From Epiperipatus broadwayi (taxonomy: Eukaryota; Animalia; Onychophora), in assembly GCA_028023455.1 (NCBI GenBank), contig JAQFVV010000006.1, positions 1,488,001-1,552,000 of the forward strand: a stretch of 64,000 nucleotides of DNA. Direction: 5' to 3'. Every line of letters begins with the position of its first letter. Within the stretch, counting starts at the first letter, position 1. Below are positions 14,801-27,179 of this stretch, piece by piece. Position numbers and translations under genes: made by a program. The notes under the pieces are model-generated. The model saw only the letters and a program-made list of their open reading frames with translations, made no database searches and had not been told where the DNA came from.

Positions 14801-15779
14801 CTTAAATCCTAAAGATATCAAAAATAAATACATTTTATAACTTTTAAATAACTGTCCTCCCAGTGATGGAAAACAATTTTGAAACGAAAAAAGGAAAATC
14901 TTCAGAATTGTTTCTGCTCGACAAATAAAATGTGAAAAATAATACCAATTTTACATAATCTGAGCTTTGCAATTGAACATTTGATCTAAAAAGTTTTATT
15001 TTTTGCTAATAACTTTTGCCACCTAGTAGCAAAAAGGAAAACTAAAATATGTAATGCTTGCCATTTATTTAGAAATGATCATTCTAAATTTAGGGCAGGT
15101 TTCAAATATTATATAATTTACGTCACGACTGGGTAATTAAATTAGCAGCACCACTCCAAATGATCATGGAGCTTGTTCAAGAAAGAATGAATATAAAAAA
15201 AAAAATAGTGTGGAAGTATTTAAGAATATATAATATGAAAGGATGCAACGTGTGATAGATTGTTATTTGGCACAAATACAAAAGGTTTAAATATCGGGGA
15301 AAGAAAGCAGAAGTGGAATAAGAGTTGGGACTCTAAATGGTCTATGTGGATATGAAAGGAAGAGTATTGATTATTTATTTTTGGAGTAGGACGTTAAAAA
15401 GGGTTCAGGAAAAATGTTATTGAAAGTAGGAGAAACATCAGTTTGGAATCAGCGAAAATTATTATTTTTATGTAGGTCTATGTGATAAGAATAATATCAC
15501 TCATCAAGGAAGAATACTAAATGAATCAGGACTGCAAGAATGATTTGGTCTTAGGGAATAGAAGGTATATTAGTTTACTGCAGTATCTAAAGGTTTCAAA
15601 TGGACAAAGAATTTAACTTGGCTTATGTAGTCTCTGGGCATATTATTTATGCAGAGAGATTTAGCTATAGAAAAGCCTTTGTAACGTCACACCATACAAG
15701 TTTGAGTATCTCCATGTTACTTTGAGTGGGCAGGAAAAGCCATTTTATTTAGAAGCGAGAGGGGAGCAAGAACAAAGAA
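11804..15779. repeat. Local segmental duplication, copy 2 (direct orientation)
   Basis: Direct repeat of 921-1331 plus 4269-7949; lacks the tRNA-Gly insertion at 6295-6397. Confidence 0.9.
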
Positions 15780-15966
15780 CCAGTTATGATAAGTGTTCTA
15801 AAACATCAAACATCACATGATCACCATCTCTATACTAGCACATAATTTGTTGTAAACAAAGGCAAAACTCCCCATACAGTAGTGCCATTCTGTGACAAAC
15901 AGAGTAATCAATGGATGCCAGAAGGCTTGTGCATAAAATCCCTATCTAGTGCCTACTCATCCAATA

Positions 15967-16008
15967 TCCCCAGACTAGTTTCTGGCTTGTGGCCATCATC
16001 AGTGAGGA
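15967..16008 (-). ncRNA. Minimal type-I hammerhead ribozyme motif (family C), complete core
   Basis: UCCUCA CUGAUGA UGGC-CACAA-GCCA GAAA C-UA-G UC UGGGGA: 6-bp stem I, 4-bp stem II, palindromic stem III ACUAGU, GUC triplet; predicted cut between 15973 and 15972. Confidence 0.85.
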
Positions 16009-16415
16009 GCCTTGGATCTGAGAGACCACCTCGATCTTAGGATCTAATGCAACCCTCCAGCAGCCACCTTTTAACTCTACTTTACTACAAAACTATGAGA
16101 ATGAAATTGAAAACATTGTTAATATCTTCAATCTAAGCTCAATAGCTTATATAGTCATATGGGTCTGAACTCAATTCAGCACCCATACATTTTGGTGTCT
16201 GGCTCTTAAACAACCATAGCCACCACTATCCTATTAGGCAGGATTGGTGTTAAACCATCAAACATCACATGATCACCATCTCTATACTAGCACATTTGTT
16301 GTAAACAAAGGCAAAACTCCCCATACAGTAGTGCCACCCTGTGCCAAACAGAGTAATCAATGGATGCCAGAAGGCTTGTGCATAAAATCCCTACCTGGTG
16401 TCTACTCATCCAATA

Positions 16416-16457
16416 TCCCCAGACTAGTTTCTGGCTTGTGGCCATCATCAGTGAGGA
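16416..16457 (-). ncRNA. Minimal type-I hammerhead ribozyme motif (family C), complete core
   Basis: Identical motif to 15967-16008, 449 bp away in the same orientation. Confidence 0.85.
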
Positions 16458-16899
16458 GCCTTGGATCAGAGAGCACTGCACCTAGATCTTAGGATTTAAT
16501 GCAACCCTCCAGCAGCCACCTTTTAACTCTACTCACTGATGATGGCCACAAGCCAGAAACTAATCTGGGGATATTGGATGAGTAGGCACTAGATAGGGAT
16601 TTTATGCACAAGCCTTCTGGCATCCATTGATTACTCTGTTTGGCACAGGGTGGCATTACTGTATGGGGAGTTTTGCCTTTGTTTATAATAGTATTCTGTA
16701 TAATAAAAGTGAAATTATTGGAGGTTCCTTTAATAATGAAAGACATTTTTTTGAACTGTATTTCATCGGAACTGCTGCCATCAATATGATCTCATAGCAC
16801 TATTTTTATTATTTTTTAAAATATGATTAGCACTTATTCAACTACTGTTGCCAAAGGCGCAGAAAAGTTTATGATGCAGATTAAACCATTAATGTGCTT

Positions 16900-17135
16900 G
16901 AATATCATATGATCACCATTTCATATGCTTACACAGGCTGTTAATAACAGTAGTGAACTCTCCATACAGTAGTGCCACCAATCAATGGGTGCAAGAAAGT
17001 TCCTCCCTGACAAAAGCCACAAGTTAGCATCTAGTCTGGGGATATTGAATGAGTAGGCACTAGAGAGGATTTTATGCACAAACCTTTTTGCATCCATTGA
17101 TTACAAAGGCTTACACTTAGTGGCACTACTGTAAG
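16900..17135. repeat. Degenerate family C fold-back fragment
   Basis: ctctccatacagtagtgccac is inverted as gtggcactactgtaaggaga; decayed hammerhead ctgacaaaagccacaagttagcatctagtctgggga. Confidence 0.7.
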
Positions 17136-17284
17136 GAGATTAGATTGCAATTTATGGAAAATAAGAGAATAGCCAAAATAGTACTTAATTGGATTATGAG
17201 TAAAGGACAGGCAACAAAATGGGTGAGAAAGATAGTACAGTATGCAGGAGATTTGGATAAAGAATTTATGTCAGCATATGTATG

Positions 17285-19515
17285 ACTAATAGAAAATACA
17301 TATTTCAAGATTGTAATGTTCTTAATAAATTTAACACAGGAAGTGATCATCGATTAGTAAGATGTAAGATATTTGTTAATGCAAAACTAGAGAGACAAAT
17401 TATTAAGAAAAACAATATTTACAGTTGATATTCCTAATCTTCAGAAACATTCTAATGAATTTAAATTAGAACTTAGAAATCGGTTTCAAGTATTAGTAGA
17501 TTTTGAACATGATTCAGATTTGAATGAAATTAATAGGAAAATAACTGATACACTTTTAAAAACTGCAACAAAGATAGCTGGTAGAAAAAAGCAGCAATTG
17601 ATCAATAAAATTTCTATTGAGACTAGAGAATTTATGAAGAAAGTAAGGAATATGAGGATATACAACAATGATGCATTAAAAAAGATTGAATATCTCGAAT
17701 TTTGTAAAATGGTGCAGAAAAGAGTTGAAAATGATATAAGAAAGTATAATTGTGAACTAGCAAGGAAAGCTGTAGAAGAGAATAAAAGTCTAAACAGTGT
17801 AAAACAACATCTTGGTATTGGTAGGAAATTTATATCTGCAATATGAAAAAAAGATGGCATTATTACTAAAAAGAGAGATGACATCATGAAATGGGTAGAA
17901 GACTTCTATCAAGAATTATATAGTAATAAAGAACAAGTACCTCCTATACCTATTATATCTTCTGAATTGCCCAGAATTTTGAATGAGGAAGTGAGACATG
18001 CAATTGAATTTATGAAGAAAGGGAAGGCTCCAGGTAATGATGGAATTATAATTGATATATTAAAAGAAGCAGGTAAAGAAATAGAATTTTTTTTAGCAAA
18101 GTTATATTCCAAATGTCTAAATGATAAAGATGTACCAGATGATTGGAAGAATGCAGTATTAATATTAATATTTAAAAAAGGTGATAAAGAAGATATTAGA
18201 AATTACTGACCTATCAGTCTTTTATCAGTTTTATAAATTTTTTTTCCTAAAATAATTACAACTCGTCTACAGAGAACACTGGACTTCCACCAACCAAGAG
18301 AATAAGCTGGATTTATAAGTGGTTTTAGTACAGTAGATCATATCCAGGTATTGAGAGAAGTCATAGAAAGGACAAATGAATATGAGTTGTCATTATGTTT
18401 TGGATTTGTAGATTATGAAAAGGCATTCGATTCTATACACATTTCTTCAGTGATTAAAGCATTGGATCATCAAGGTATAGATCCAGGATATTGTCATATT
18501 TTAAAGAATATTTATAAAAATGGAACAGCAACAATTAGATTACATAATGATAGTAGGAAAGTCAACATTGAGAAGGGTGTAAGACAGGGTGACTCCATAT
18601 CTCCAAAACTTTTTACAGCAGTGCTGCAAGAAGTATTTTTGTGGATTCTAAAGGAGTGACAGTAAATGGTGATTATTTAAGTCATTTAGATTTTGCAGAT
18701 GATGTAGTTGTTTTTGCAAATAATGCTTTAGAGTTACAGGAAATGTTGCAGAAGTTATTAGATGAAAGTAGGAAAGTAGTACTAAAGATAAATGTTAAAA
18801 AGACTAAAGTAATGTTTAATAGATTTTCTCAAAATATGAAAATAAATATTGATTATGATGAATTAGAAGTTAACAGCTACAAATACCTTGGTCAGATTAT
18901 TAATACAGATGGAAACATAATAGATGAAATTAATCATTGGAATTAAACTTGGTTGGAGTGCTTTTGGTAGAAATAACTTGATACTAAAAGGAAATAATGC
19001 CTATATGTTTGAAAAGGAAGGTTTTTAATAAATGTGTTTTGTCAGTTCTTACTTATGGATCTGAGACTTGGACACTTAATAGAAGAGCAATATAGAGTCT
19101 TCAAACCACTCAAAGAAGTATAGAGAGATGCTAGAAGAGCAATATAGTCTTCAAACCACTCAAAGAAGTATGGAGAGATGCGTGTTGGGAGTAACAAGAA
19201 GAGATCAAAAAGGCAATGTATGGGTAAAAGAACAACCAGATGTTACTGACCTCATTGAAAAAATTAAAAGACTGAAGTGGAGTTGGGCTGGACATATTGC
19301 TAGAAGAGATGATAATAGATGGACAATTGAAATTTTAAATGGGATCCCAAGAGATTGTAAAAGATCCAGAAAGAGACCACATGTGAGATGGATGGATGAA
19401 ATAAGAAAGTGTACAGGGGTGATGTGGAGAAGAGAAGCTAAAGATTGGAAAAAATGGATTGAACTTGGAGAGACCATCCTGCAAGGGATTGATAATGGTT
19501 GGTTGATGATGATGA
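17285..19515 (+). mobile_element. 5'-truncated, decayed RTE-clade LINE (APE C-terminus, RT, C-terminal domain)
   Basis: NTGSDHRLV; GKAPGNDGI; [27 protein letters not shown]; FVDYEKAFDSI; GVRQGDSISPKLF; HLDFADDVV; LKWSWAGHIARRDDNRWT; RWMDEI; (GAT)n tail. Stops and frameshifts; a ~50-bp internal tandem duplication at ~19080-19181. Confidence 0.95.
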
Positions 19516-20099
19516 TGTATACAAGAAATGGGCTGATTGTTTTAGGAGAATTGTTAAGTGCTATAGTGGCAAAGAATGGGATAGCGGAATAGATGCAATT
19601 AATAAAAAATAGGGAGTTAGGGAGATGGAGAATTAGTATGGAGAATAAAAAGAGTTTAAATATATATAGAAGTAAACAGAATATTGGGTGCAAGTTAATT
19701 TACAATAGGAAGGTGATTATTTATCTTTTCAACATATATGTGTTCAAGTGTGTCAGTGTTATCAGATAGAGTGGAGAGTGGTCAGTCATGTGAAAGTCTG
19801 TGCTCATATACCCTATATATTGCATATATAGACACAGATATATAATAAGCCTATGTGCCAGTTAATAGGAAGGAAAGTAGTTTACTGTTTATGGCTCGAA
19901 CAGGATCATTAGCAACAAGAGAATATACAGATAAATGGAGAAATGTGGGTAATTAAGGCTTTAAGTTGTGTAAGGAAGGCATAGAAAATATAAACATCTG
20001 TTAATCAAATGTAGATGCCACCAAGCAGAAAGGTACAAATAATGAAGTTGTGGGAGAATAAATATAAATATAGTTATTACATCGAAAGTCGGTTCTTTG

Positions 20100-20330
20100 T
20101 TATTATGCTGGGTTTGGGAAAAGACAAGGGGGATTCAGATATAAAGGCTATGGAGTTGACAAAGATTATGTTGTGGAAATGGGATGGGGCAGGACATGGG
20201 AAAACTTAGGGCAGGGAATGGAATGGGAAGGTAAAGCAGGTAACAGATTTCTCTGGGCATAGTTGCTGAGAGATTCCCGACTCTGTATAAGGAGAAGTCA
20301 CAGTGCACCCCATCATGTCACATAATGTAT
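20100..20330. repeat. Dispersed unclassified repeat (second copy ~54570-54760)
   Basis: Shared agatataaaggc.atggagt.gacaaa...gtggaaatgggatgg...tttctctgggcatagt...gagaagtcac. Confidence 0.75.
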
Positions 20331-20917
20331 GAATGTATTATGTTGAGGTAATGGAAAGCTATGGAGAATTATCACTGATGATGATAGAATGTTATATGGT
20401 ATGTGATACTCTTTTGCCATTAGCTCCACTTGACTTTAAGAAACTACATTTATAACTCTGCATGGCTTAATGCAGTGGTAGATTGATGGATTTGGGAGCT
20501 TATGTTTATGGATTGCAGGTCATTTTTGTCACTTTTGGTGCTCAAACATCATATGATCTCCAGCGTAGTAAGCCACACGATTTCTTCAGCATAGTAAGCC
20601 ATACAATTTCTTTTACTTAATAGACATACAAACAATGAACATTAACCATACACACAGTATTATATTTGTTATCGATTTGTTTTAACTGTAGTCTTTTTCT
20701 AATTGCCATTTCAAACCTTTGATCAGAAAATGGATTGCTTTTTCAAAAATGGTGTATATTTGAAAAGATTTTTTAATAAATGTGTTTCACTAGTACCTAC
20801 ATATCGATCTCCAACTTAAACTATTAAAAGAAAACCAATATTTAGACTTAAGTCCACACAACCAAATCTATGTTGGAATTAACCGGGAAGGATGGGGATG
20901 TGAAATACAGGCTGAGA

Positions 20918-21026
20918 AGGAAACGGCTATTACTAATGTTATTGAAAGAATTAACAGGACGAAGTTGAATTAGGAAACGGCTATTACTAATGTTATTGAA
21001 AGAATTAACAGGACGAAGTTGAATTA
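20918..21026. repeat. Tandem duplication, 54-bp unit x2
   Basis: aggaaacggctattactaatgttattgaaagaattaacaggacgaagttgaatt repeated. Confidence 0.9.
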
Positions 21027-22574
21027 GGCTAGATGTGCTGATGCAAAAATGACAGTAGGTGAATAACTGGTTTCTCAGAGTTTATAAAAGATTTAGAAAC
21101 ATCACATGTAAGTTGAATGATTGAAGGAAGAAAGTTTGTTGGATTTATGTGGGAAGAGATGATCCTACTGATTGGAGAAAGTAGATTAAACTTTGAAAGA
21201 TCTATATCCTACAGTTGATCGATGATGTATCACTCTTATTCTATGATGCTACTGGATATCAGCCTTTGAATCATTTAGCAGATTTACCTCTTTAAAAAAG
21301 TATCTTCTTAATTTAAACTTTATATACATTAATAAATTGAGATAAAGGTAAACTACGGATTCGGCTCCTGTAGTTTTCTCACCTTTATCCACATCATATT
21401 ATGGTTATATTGTTTGTTTTTAAAATCGTCTTATTGCTTCGTTGTATGATCTTCTGATTGCTGAAAGAAAATTTCTAAGCCTGTTTGTATGTTGACAAAA
21501 TGTTCCAGGCCAAACCCTCTAACCACGACACTTCGAGCTCTTTTAAATTATTTTTAGGACCTTTACGACCATGCCTTCAAAAGTTTGGCTTAATTTGTTT
21601 TATGGAGAATTTTTCCGTGCTATGTATGTACACGGGTCCTAAGTTCAGTGAAATACTGTATCAGAAAGGGCTTACATTAGTATCTCCTAAATTTAATCAA
21701 TACGGTACTAGTAAATGCCATTTCTATTTTTATGCTTTTTGTATATATTTCTTCGTGTTTCTGTCATTAAAATTTATTATTTCAATTTAAAAATTTATTA
21801 AAATTTATTATTTCAATGTTGTAAATTTTTGCATTTTTCAGATTTATTATGAAATAATTTAATTATTAATTCATTTAATTTTTTGCTCGTTTATCTAATA
21901 ATTTATTTAAATCTCCCCAAGCTTTGTTTATTGGTAACTTCTGCCCTCTAGTGAGATTTACTTAGAACTAATTGATTCACTGTACTGTATAAAAAAGATA
22001 ACTTGTTTACGTTTTCCCCCTCGCGTCTCCCTTCAAAGTGAACGTATAATCTTTAATCGTAAGTCAGAGTTATTTGCGAGAAGAGAGAGGCTGAGTTGGC
22101 CAGATTTCGTCGTCGTAATAATATTGCATTGTTCACTACCTCTTAACAATTTATTGTAGAGTTACATATTAAAAGTCACATCTTAAAATAATACTCTTAC
22201 ATTGTCAAGATGTATAAAAATACAAAATTAATAACAATTAATTAAGAAACTATCTTTTTTTTTTTTAACATTTGAGTTATTATATGTAGAATGTCAACGA
22301 TTCCTAGCAGCTTGTATCTGTTTCATTCAAGTTCGAATTTCCAAATATTGTTTCCATCTTTTAACATTTTATTTAGAATGTCAACGATTCCAAGCAGCTT
22401 ATATCCGTTTCATTTAAGTTCGAATTTTCAAATATAGTTTCTATCTACTTTGGCAATTATTATTAGAAGTATGTTTTCCATTGTTATTTTTTTCACTAGC
22501 GTTATCAGAATTATTATTCAGTTTATTCGTTTTTATTAACGTGACATTATCATTATTTTCAACCATTATTGATT

Positions 22575-22865
22575 CATTGCAGGATGAAGGTCTCTTCAAG
22601 TTGAATCCATCTTCTCCAATCTCCAACTCCCATCCGCATCACTCCAACACGCTTCCTTATTTCATCCATCCATCTCACATGCGGTCTCTTTCTAGGTCTT
22701 TTACAATCTCTTGGAATCCAGTTTAATATTATCATCTTGTCTACCAATATGTCCAGCCCAACTCTACTCCAGTCCCTTAATTCTTTCAATGATGTCAGTA
22801 ACATGTCTTTGTTTTCTTACCCATGTATTTGGTTTTCGATCTTTTCTTATTACTTCTAACATACA
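22575..22865 (-). mobile_element. 3' fragment of the same RTE family as 17285-19515
   Basis: Minus-strand ORF ...WIPRDCKRPRKRPHVRWMDEIRK matches the C-terminus encoded at ~19340-19410. Confidence 0.9.
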
Positions 22866-23039
22866 TATAACATGACATATAACACTATAAAATATACATT
22901 GATGAAATGATGATTTTTAAAAAAATATCAGTTACTGATTTCTTAAGGAAATACCCAAATCACAATTTCTAAAAGTTGGGAGTTCGAAAAAGCCAATTAA
23001 CTATCATCGTCATCTTCATTCACAAACGTATAAGGGCAT

Positions 23040-23400
23040 TCCAATCTGGAAGAAAGAGTAGTAAATTTTATTAATGTCTATACAAATCAATTTGCAAAAT
23101 ACAAGTTCTTCCATATGTAGAGGAAGCTGGTTCATTATTCTGTCTATGTGATATTTTATGAGCTGTTAATTCTTCCATAACATAGTTATCCTTTGGGAAG
23201 ATTTGAACATGTTGTCTCCATGGTTTTTTATCTTCAACTAAGTGTTCTCCCAATGAAGGTAATTAATATTGCACTTTTTAAGAGGATCTTTATAACATAA
23301 ATGGGGGATTGCTTCTTCCATGAAACCATGCCCAAGTTTACCAAGAAATACCTTTTTTAGGAAGTCTTGTATCATGTGTTTGTTTTATATATCCAATAAA
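23040..23400 (-). mobile_element. Possible degraded CR1/L2-type LINE C-terminal fragment
   Basis: LGEHLVEDKKPWRQHVQ resembles the LGxxLDxxLxWxxHV motif downstream of RT; otherwise decayed. Confidence 0.4.
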
Positions 23401-24387
23401 TGAGGGAAAATCTGGAACTATCTGTTTTGTCCTTTTCATTTTACCTTTTATGCAATGGTCGCGTATTAGATTCTGGAGCGATTCCAATTCTGGGACACTT
23501 CCAGTACCCAAACTTTTTACGAACTCTTGAGCAAGAAAGCTGTTTGATTATTTATTTATTTTTATACATCCAATTTAATGATGATATATAAAACTATTAT
23601 AGAGTGGTAATTATATTTTTATAGAGTGCACAGGAAGTAGATATAACCTGTAATGAATGCTCCTTAAAATTTCTAATAGTCAAGCAATATTATTTTGCCG
23701 ATAGAGGGACCTCTCAAACCACGACACAAGATAGCGACTTTTATAAAGAGCGGTGGTGTAAAATCACATCTTGCAATCAAAATAACATATTGATTGGTCT
23801 TATGACCTTGTCTTTGCATTTTCAGAATATTACAGAATACGTTACATGCAATTTTGGGGTACGTCAATAGGGGGCCCAATTTTTATGGAACAAACTCAGT
23901 AAAATAACATCTGTATATAATTTAGTTATAGTAATTATATTACTGTGATGAAATACTCTATCCTTTAACAATATATATGATTTATAATTCAATTTTTATA
24001 ATAGAAAAAAAAACTAGTTCAATCCTTATTCAATTTTGATTCAAATGTATGAAGAATACGTTAACCCCATCCCTTCTTTTTTTTTTATTTTTAAAAAAAT
24101 CTAATTAATACTTGATATTGTTTACTTTTTTTTTTAACGTGGGGATTAAGGTAGACAAAAAATTTAATGTCTATTATTTTACATATTTTGCTGAATTTTG
24201 TTATATAATCAATTGGTTTATTGATCGAGAGTTCATAAGAAGTTTGAATGCCAGACGTGTGAGATCCAGAATCGACCCCGAGACTTCATGATCTCAATTG
24301 GATGATCTACTAAATTTGCCAAACCATTCAGGATCAGAATAAAGTAAAGATTGCCTTTCTAATTTCAACATATAAGTTAATTAAAAC

Positions 24388-24871
24388 ACTTTATCTTTCC
24401 TATTGCATTGCCAAATCCATATAATATTAATATCATCTGTGTTCTTTATTACTTTTACAATGCTTTATTTACAACCTAATATGAGTTTCGGTTGCCCCAG
24501 CAATCTTCTTCAGAACTATAACAAACATAATACAAATATATGAATGTAAATATACATGAACATATAATTTTACATTTTGTATATATATATCTTATAATCA
24601 TTATTTAATTATTACCTTTTTATATATTATACATTTTAGAATATAAAAAAGAGTAAAATGTACAATATATAAAAAGGTAATAATTAAATAATGATTATAA
24701 GATGTATATAAATAAAATGTAAAATTATATGTTCACGTATATTTATATTCATGTATTTGTATTATGTTTGTTATAATTCTGAAGAAGATTGCAGGGACAA
24801 TCGAAACTGTCATATTAGGTTGTAAAAAAAGCATTGTAAAATAATAAAGAACATAGATGATATTAATATTA
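24388..24871. mobile_element. Family F fold-back (~450 bp) with a hammerhead-like motif in each arm, one-sided tail and 11-bp TSD
   Basis: Arms 24422-24638 / 24654-24871; plus-strand CTGAAGA A GATTG-caggga-CAATC GAAAC T GTC at 24779-24811; ttaattaaaac at 24377-24387 and 24869-24879. Confidence 0.75.
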
Positions 24872-25689
24872 ATTAAAACTCCCATTTATTTTTCTAACCA
24901 TGGTTTATTTTATGAACTGCCTTTTTTATTATTATTTTAATTTTCTTTCAAGTTTCAACAATATTATATGATCATTTTCAAGAACTATAAAATTTGAAAT
25001 TAAAAAAAAAAATGTTTATAAAATAAACCAAGATTTGAAAAGAAAAAGCATGTTAAATGAAATTATTTTTTTAAAAAGATTGATTCTAACTTGATAAGAT
25101 CTAATCTCTTAATCTCTGCTTAGGTTCTGTCAATGAAGGGGTCTATTTATTAAAGGTAAAAATAATCATAGGCTAAGCATTATTAGGATTTGATGCAATC
25201 CTTCAATTGGTAAAGGTCGTACTGTATTGCATTCATATTTTTATTTTTTCCGCACTAGCAGAGAAATAGTTAGATACCCAAGTACTGGCCAGTTTTAGAT
25301 GCATGGTTTGGTTGGCTAAGGATTGCCTACCTGTTAGAAAAATCTTAAATCTGCATGAAAAAATTTCAGGGTTTACCAGGCCTAGACTCGAATGACGGGA
25401 CATCATGGCGTGTAGGTGAGTTTAATCAGTATGCCATGTGACCCTTCCAAAAAATTAGATTGATAATAATAATAAACAATAGGTATGGAGATCATGTGAT
25501 ATTAAGACTCTTAAGTGTCTGATGGGTTGAGTACCATGGTTTTATTCCATGTGCTAAACTGAATTTTTTTTTTTTTTGTATTTTAACCAGTTGTATAGCA
25601 ATTAAGAACTTTTATCTTTTAAATTCACCCTTCTTTCTATAAGTCTCTGAAATTGTTAAATGCGGAAAAATTTGAAAAAATATCCTATT

Positions 25690-26045
25690 ATAGCCTTTCA
25701 CGCTTCCTACAACTATCTACTCCATCTTATACAATTGATACATATGACTACATACATGCGAAAAAGATAAATTCTCGGATTTTCAATGATATGGGTGGCT
25801 GAAGAGTTGGAGGGTGGAGAAGATTGAAACTTGTCCCTTAAAGTTTGAAGATTTTCTATCTTAATGTAAACTAAGTACTGATTGTATATATGTGTGAGAG
25901 ATGGTGATCTGGACCAACTGGTTCTGCATGAAATACATATATTGGAGATCATCTTTTTCACATGTATGTGGTCATGAGTATCAGTTGTATAAGATGGAGA
26001 TGATAGTTATAGGGAGATTGAAAGTCCGAGTTCAAATCCCTTCTA
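25690..26045 (+). repeat. Family A copy with inverted 5' arm; hammerhead core partly deleted
   Basis: ~25708-25772 is the reverse complement of ~25948-26012; ggaccaactg[deletion]gttctgcatgaaatacatatattgg. Confidence 0.75.
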
Positions 26046-26196
26046 ATTATTAACATAGGTACAGTGGGGATTTTTATTTATTTATAAGACTTAAGATGCA
26101 CAGTTTATAAAATATAGTAATTTTGATTAGTGTCTGGAGGGACATATAATGATTAGCGATGATGGTGATTTAGTTGGCTATTTCCATCATCTAATA

Positions 26197-26926
26197 TGAT
26201 TATTGAATGTCTTTAGAAAAAAATTAACTTTAATTAAATATTCCAAATACCTTCAGCTGTTAGTAATAGCACATCAAACAGGTTACTATATGCACAATGT
26301 TTTGGGAGGTATTATTCTTTCCTCCTCAGGTCTCACTGACATGACCAGTGACAATACTAGCATGGGATTCGAACCTGGACCTTTAGATTCTTGAGTATTG
26401 AATATTGGGGTAATGCTCTAATGGCTCAGTCAGCATTATCTAAACATTCAATACTCAAGAATCTAAGGGTCTGATTATTGAATGTCTTTAGAAAAAAATT
26501 AACTTTAATTAAATATTCCAAATACCTTCAGCTGTTAGTAATAGCACATCAAACAGGTTACTATATGCACAATGTTTTGGGAGGTATTATTCTTTCCTCC
26601 TCAGGTCTCACTGACATGACCAGTGACAATACTAGCATGGGATTCGAACCTTTACCTTTAGATTCTTGAGTATTGAATATTGGGGTAATGCTCTAATGGC
26701 TCAGTCAGCATTATCTAAACATTCAATATTTAAAAATCTAAGGGTCCAGGTTCGAATCCCATGCTAATACTGTCACTGGTCAGGTCATCAACACCTGAAG
26801 AAGAGCCGAGAATAATATCTCCCAAAACGTTGTGCATATAGTAACGTGTTTGATATGCTATTACTAACAGTTAAATGTATTTGGAATATTTAAATAAAGC
26901 TAATTTTTTTCTAAAAACGTTCAATA
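26197..26926. repeat. 275-bp near-identical tandem duplication plus diverged inverted copy of a tRNA-SINE-like unit
   Basis: Units 26197-26471 and 26472-26746; ~26710-26926 is the inverse of unit 2; A-box-like tggctcagtcag and B box ggttcgaatccc. The twin 63-aa ORFs are duplication artefacts. Confidence 0.85.
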
Positions 26927-27179
26927 CTCGTATTAGAGGAAGGGAATAATCCAACTTATAAATACAAATATTATACCATTTTATTATTTTTGTTTTAGAA
27001 CATTATATTTTTTGCTCTCGAAAATTACAGAACAGAGAGCAATCCACATGGTTCATATAGTGTGAATAGTTACCATGACATTATATGGATTAAACTTTTA
27101 GTGAATGGATCTTCTATAGAAGTCAGTCCTTACACTATTTAATATATTCAAAAATCATTTTTCAAACCATTCATTTCCC

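Larger units (their letters stand above)
15795..16745 (-). mobile_element. Family C hammerhead repeat: tandem dimer (~450-bp spacing) plus inverted partial copy
   Basis: Direct copies start at ~15804 and ~16256; 16532-16685 is the reverse complement of 16302-16455. Confidence 0.9.

Noticed and set aside
17486-19693. Antisense ORFs of 133 and 162 aa over the RTE element
   Set aside because: Hydrophobic shadow frames of A-rich RT coding sequence.
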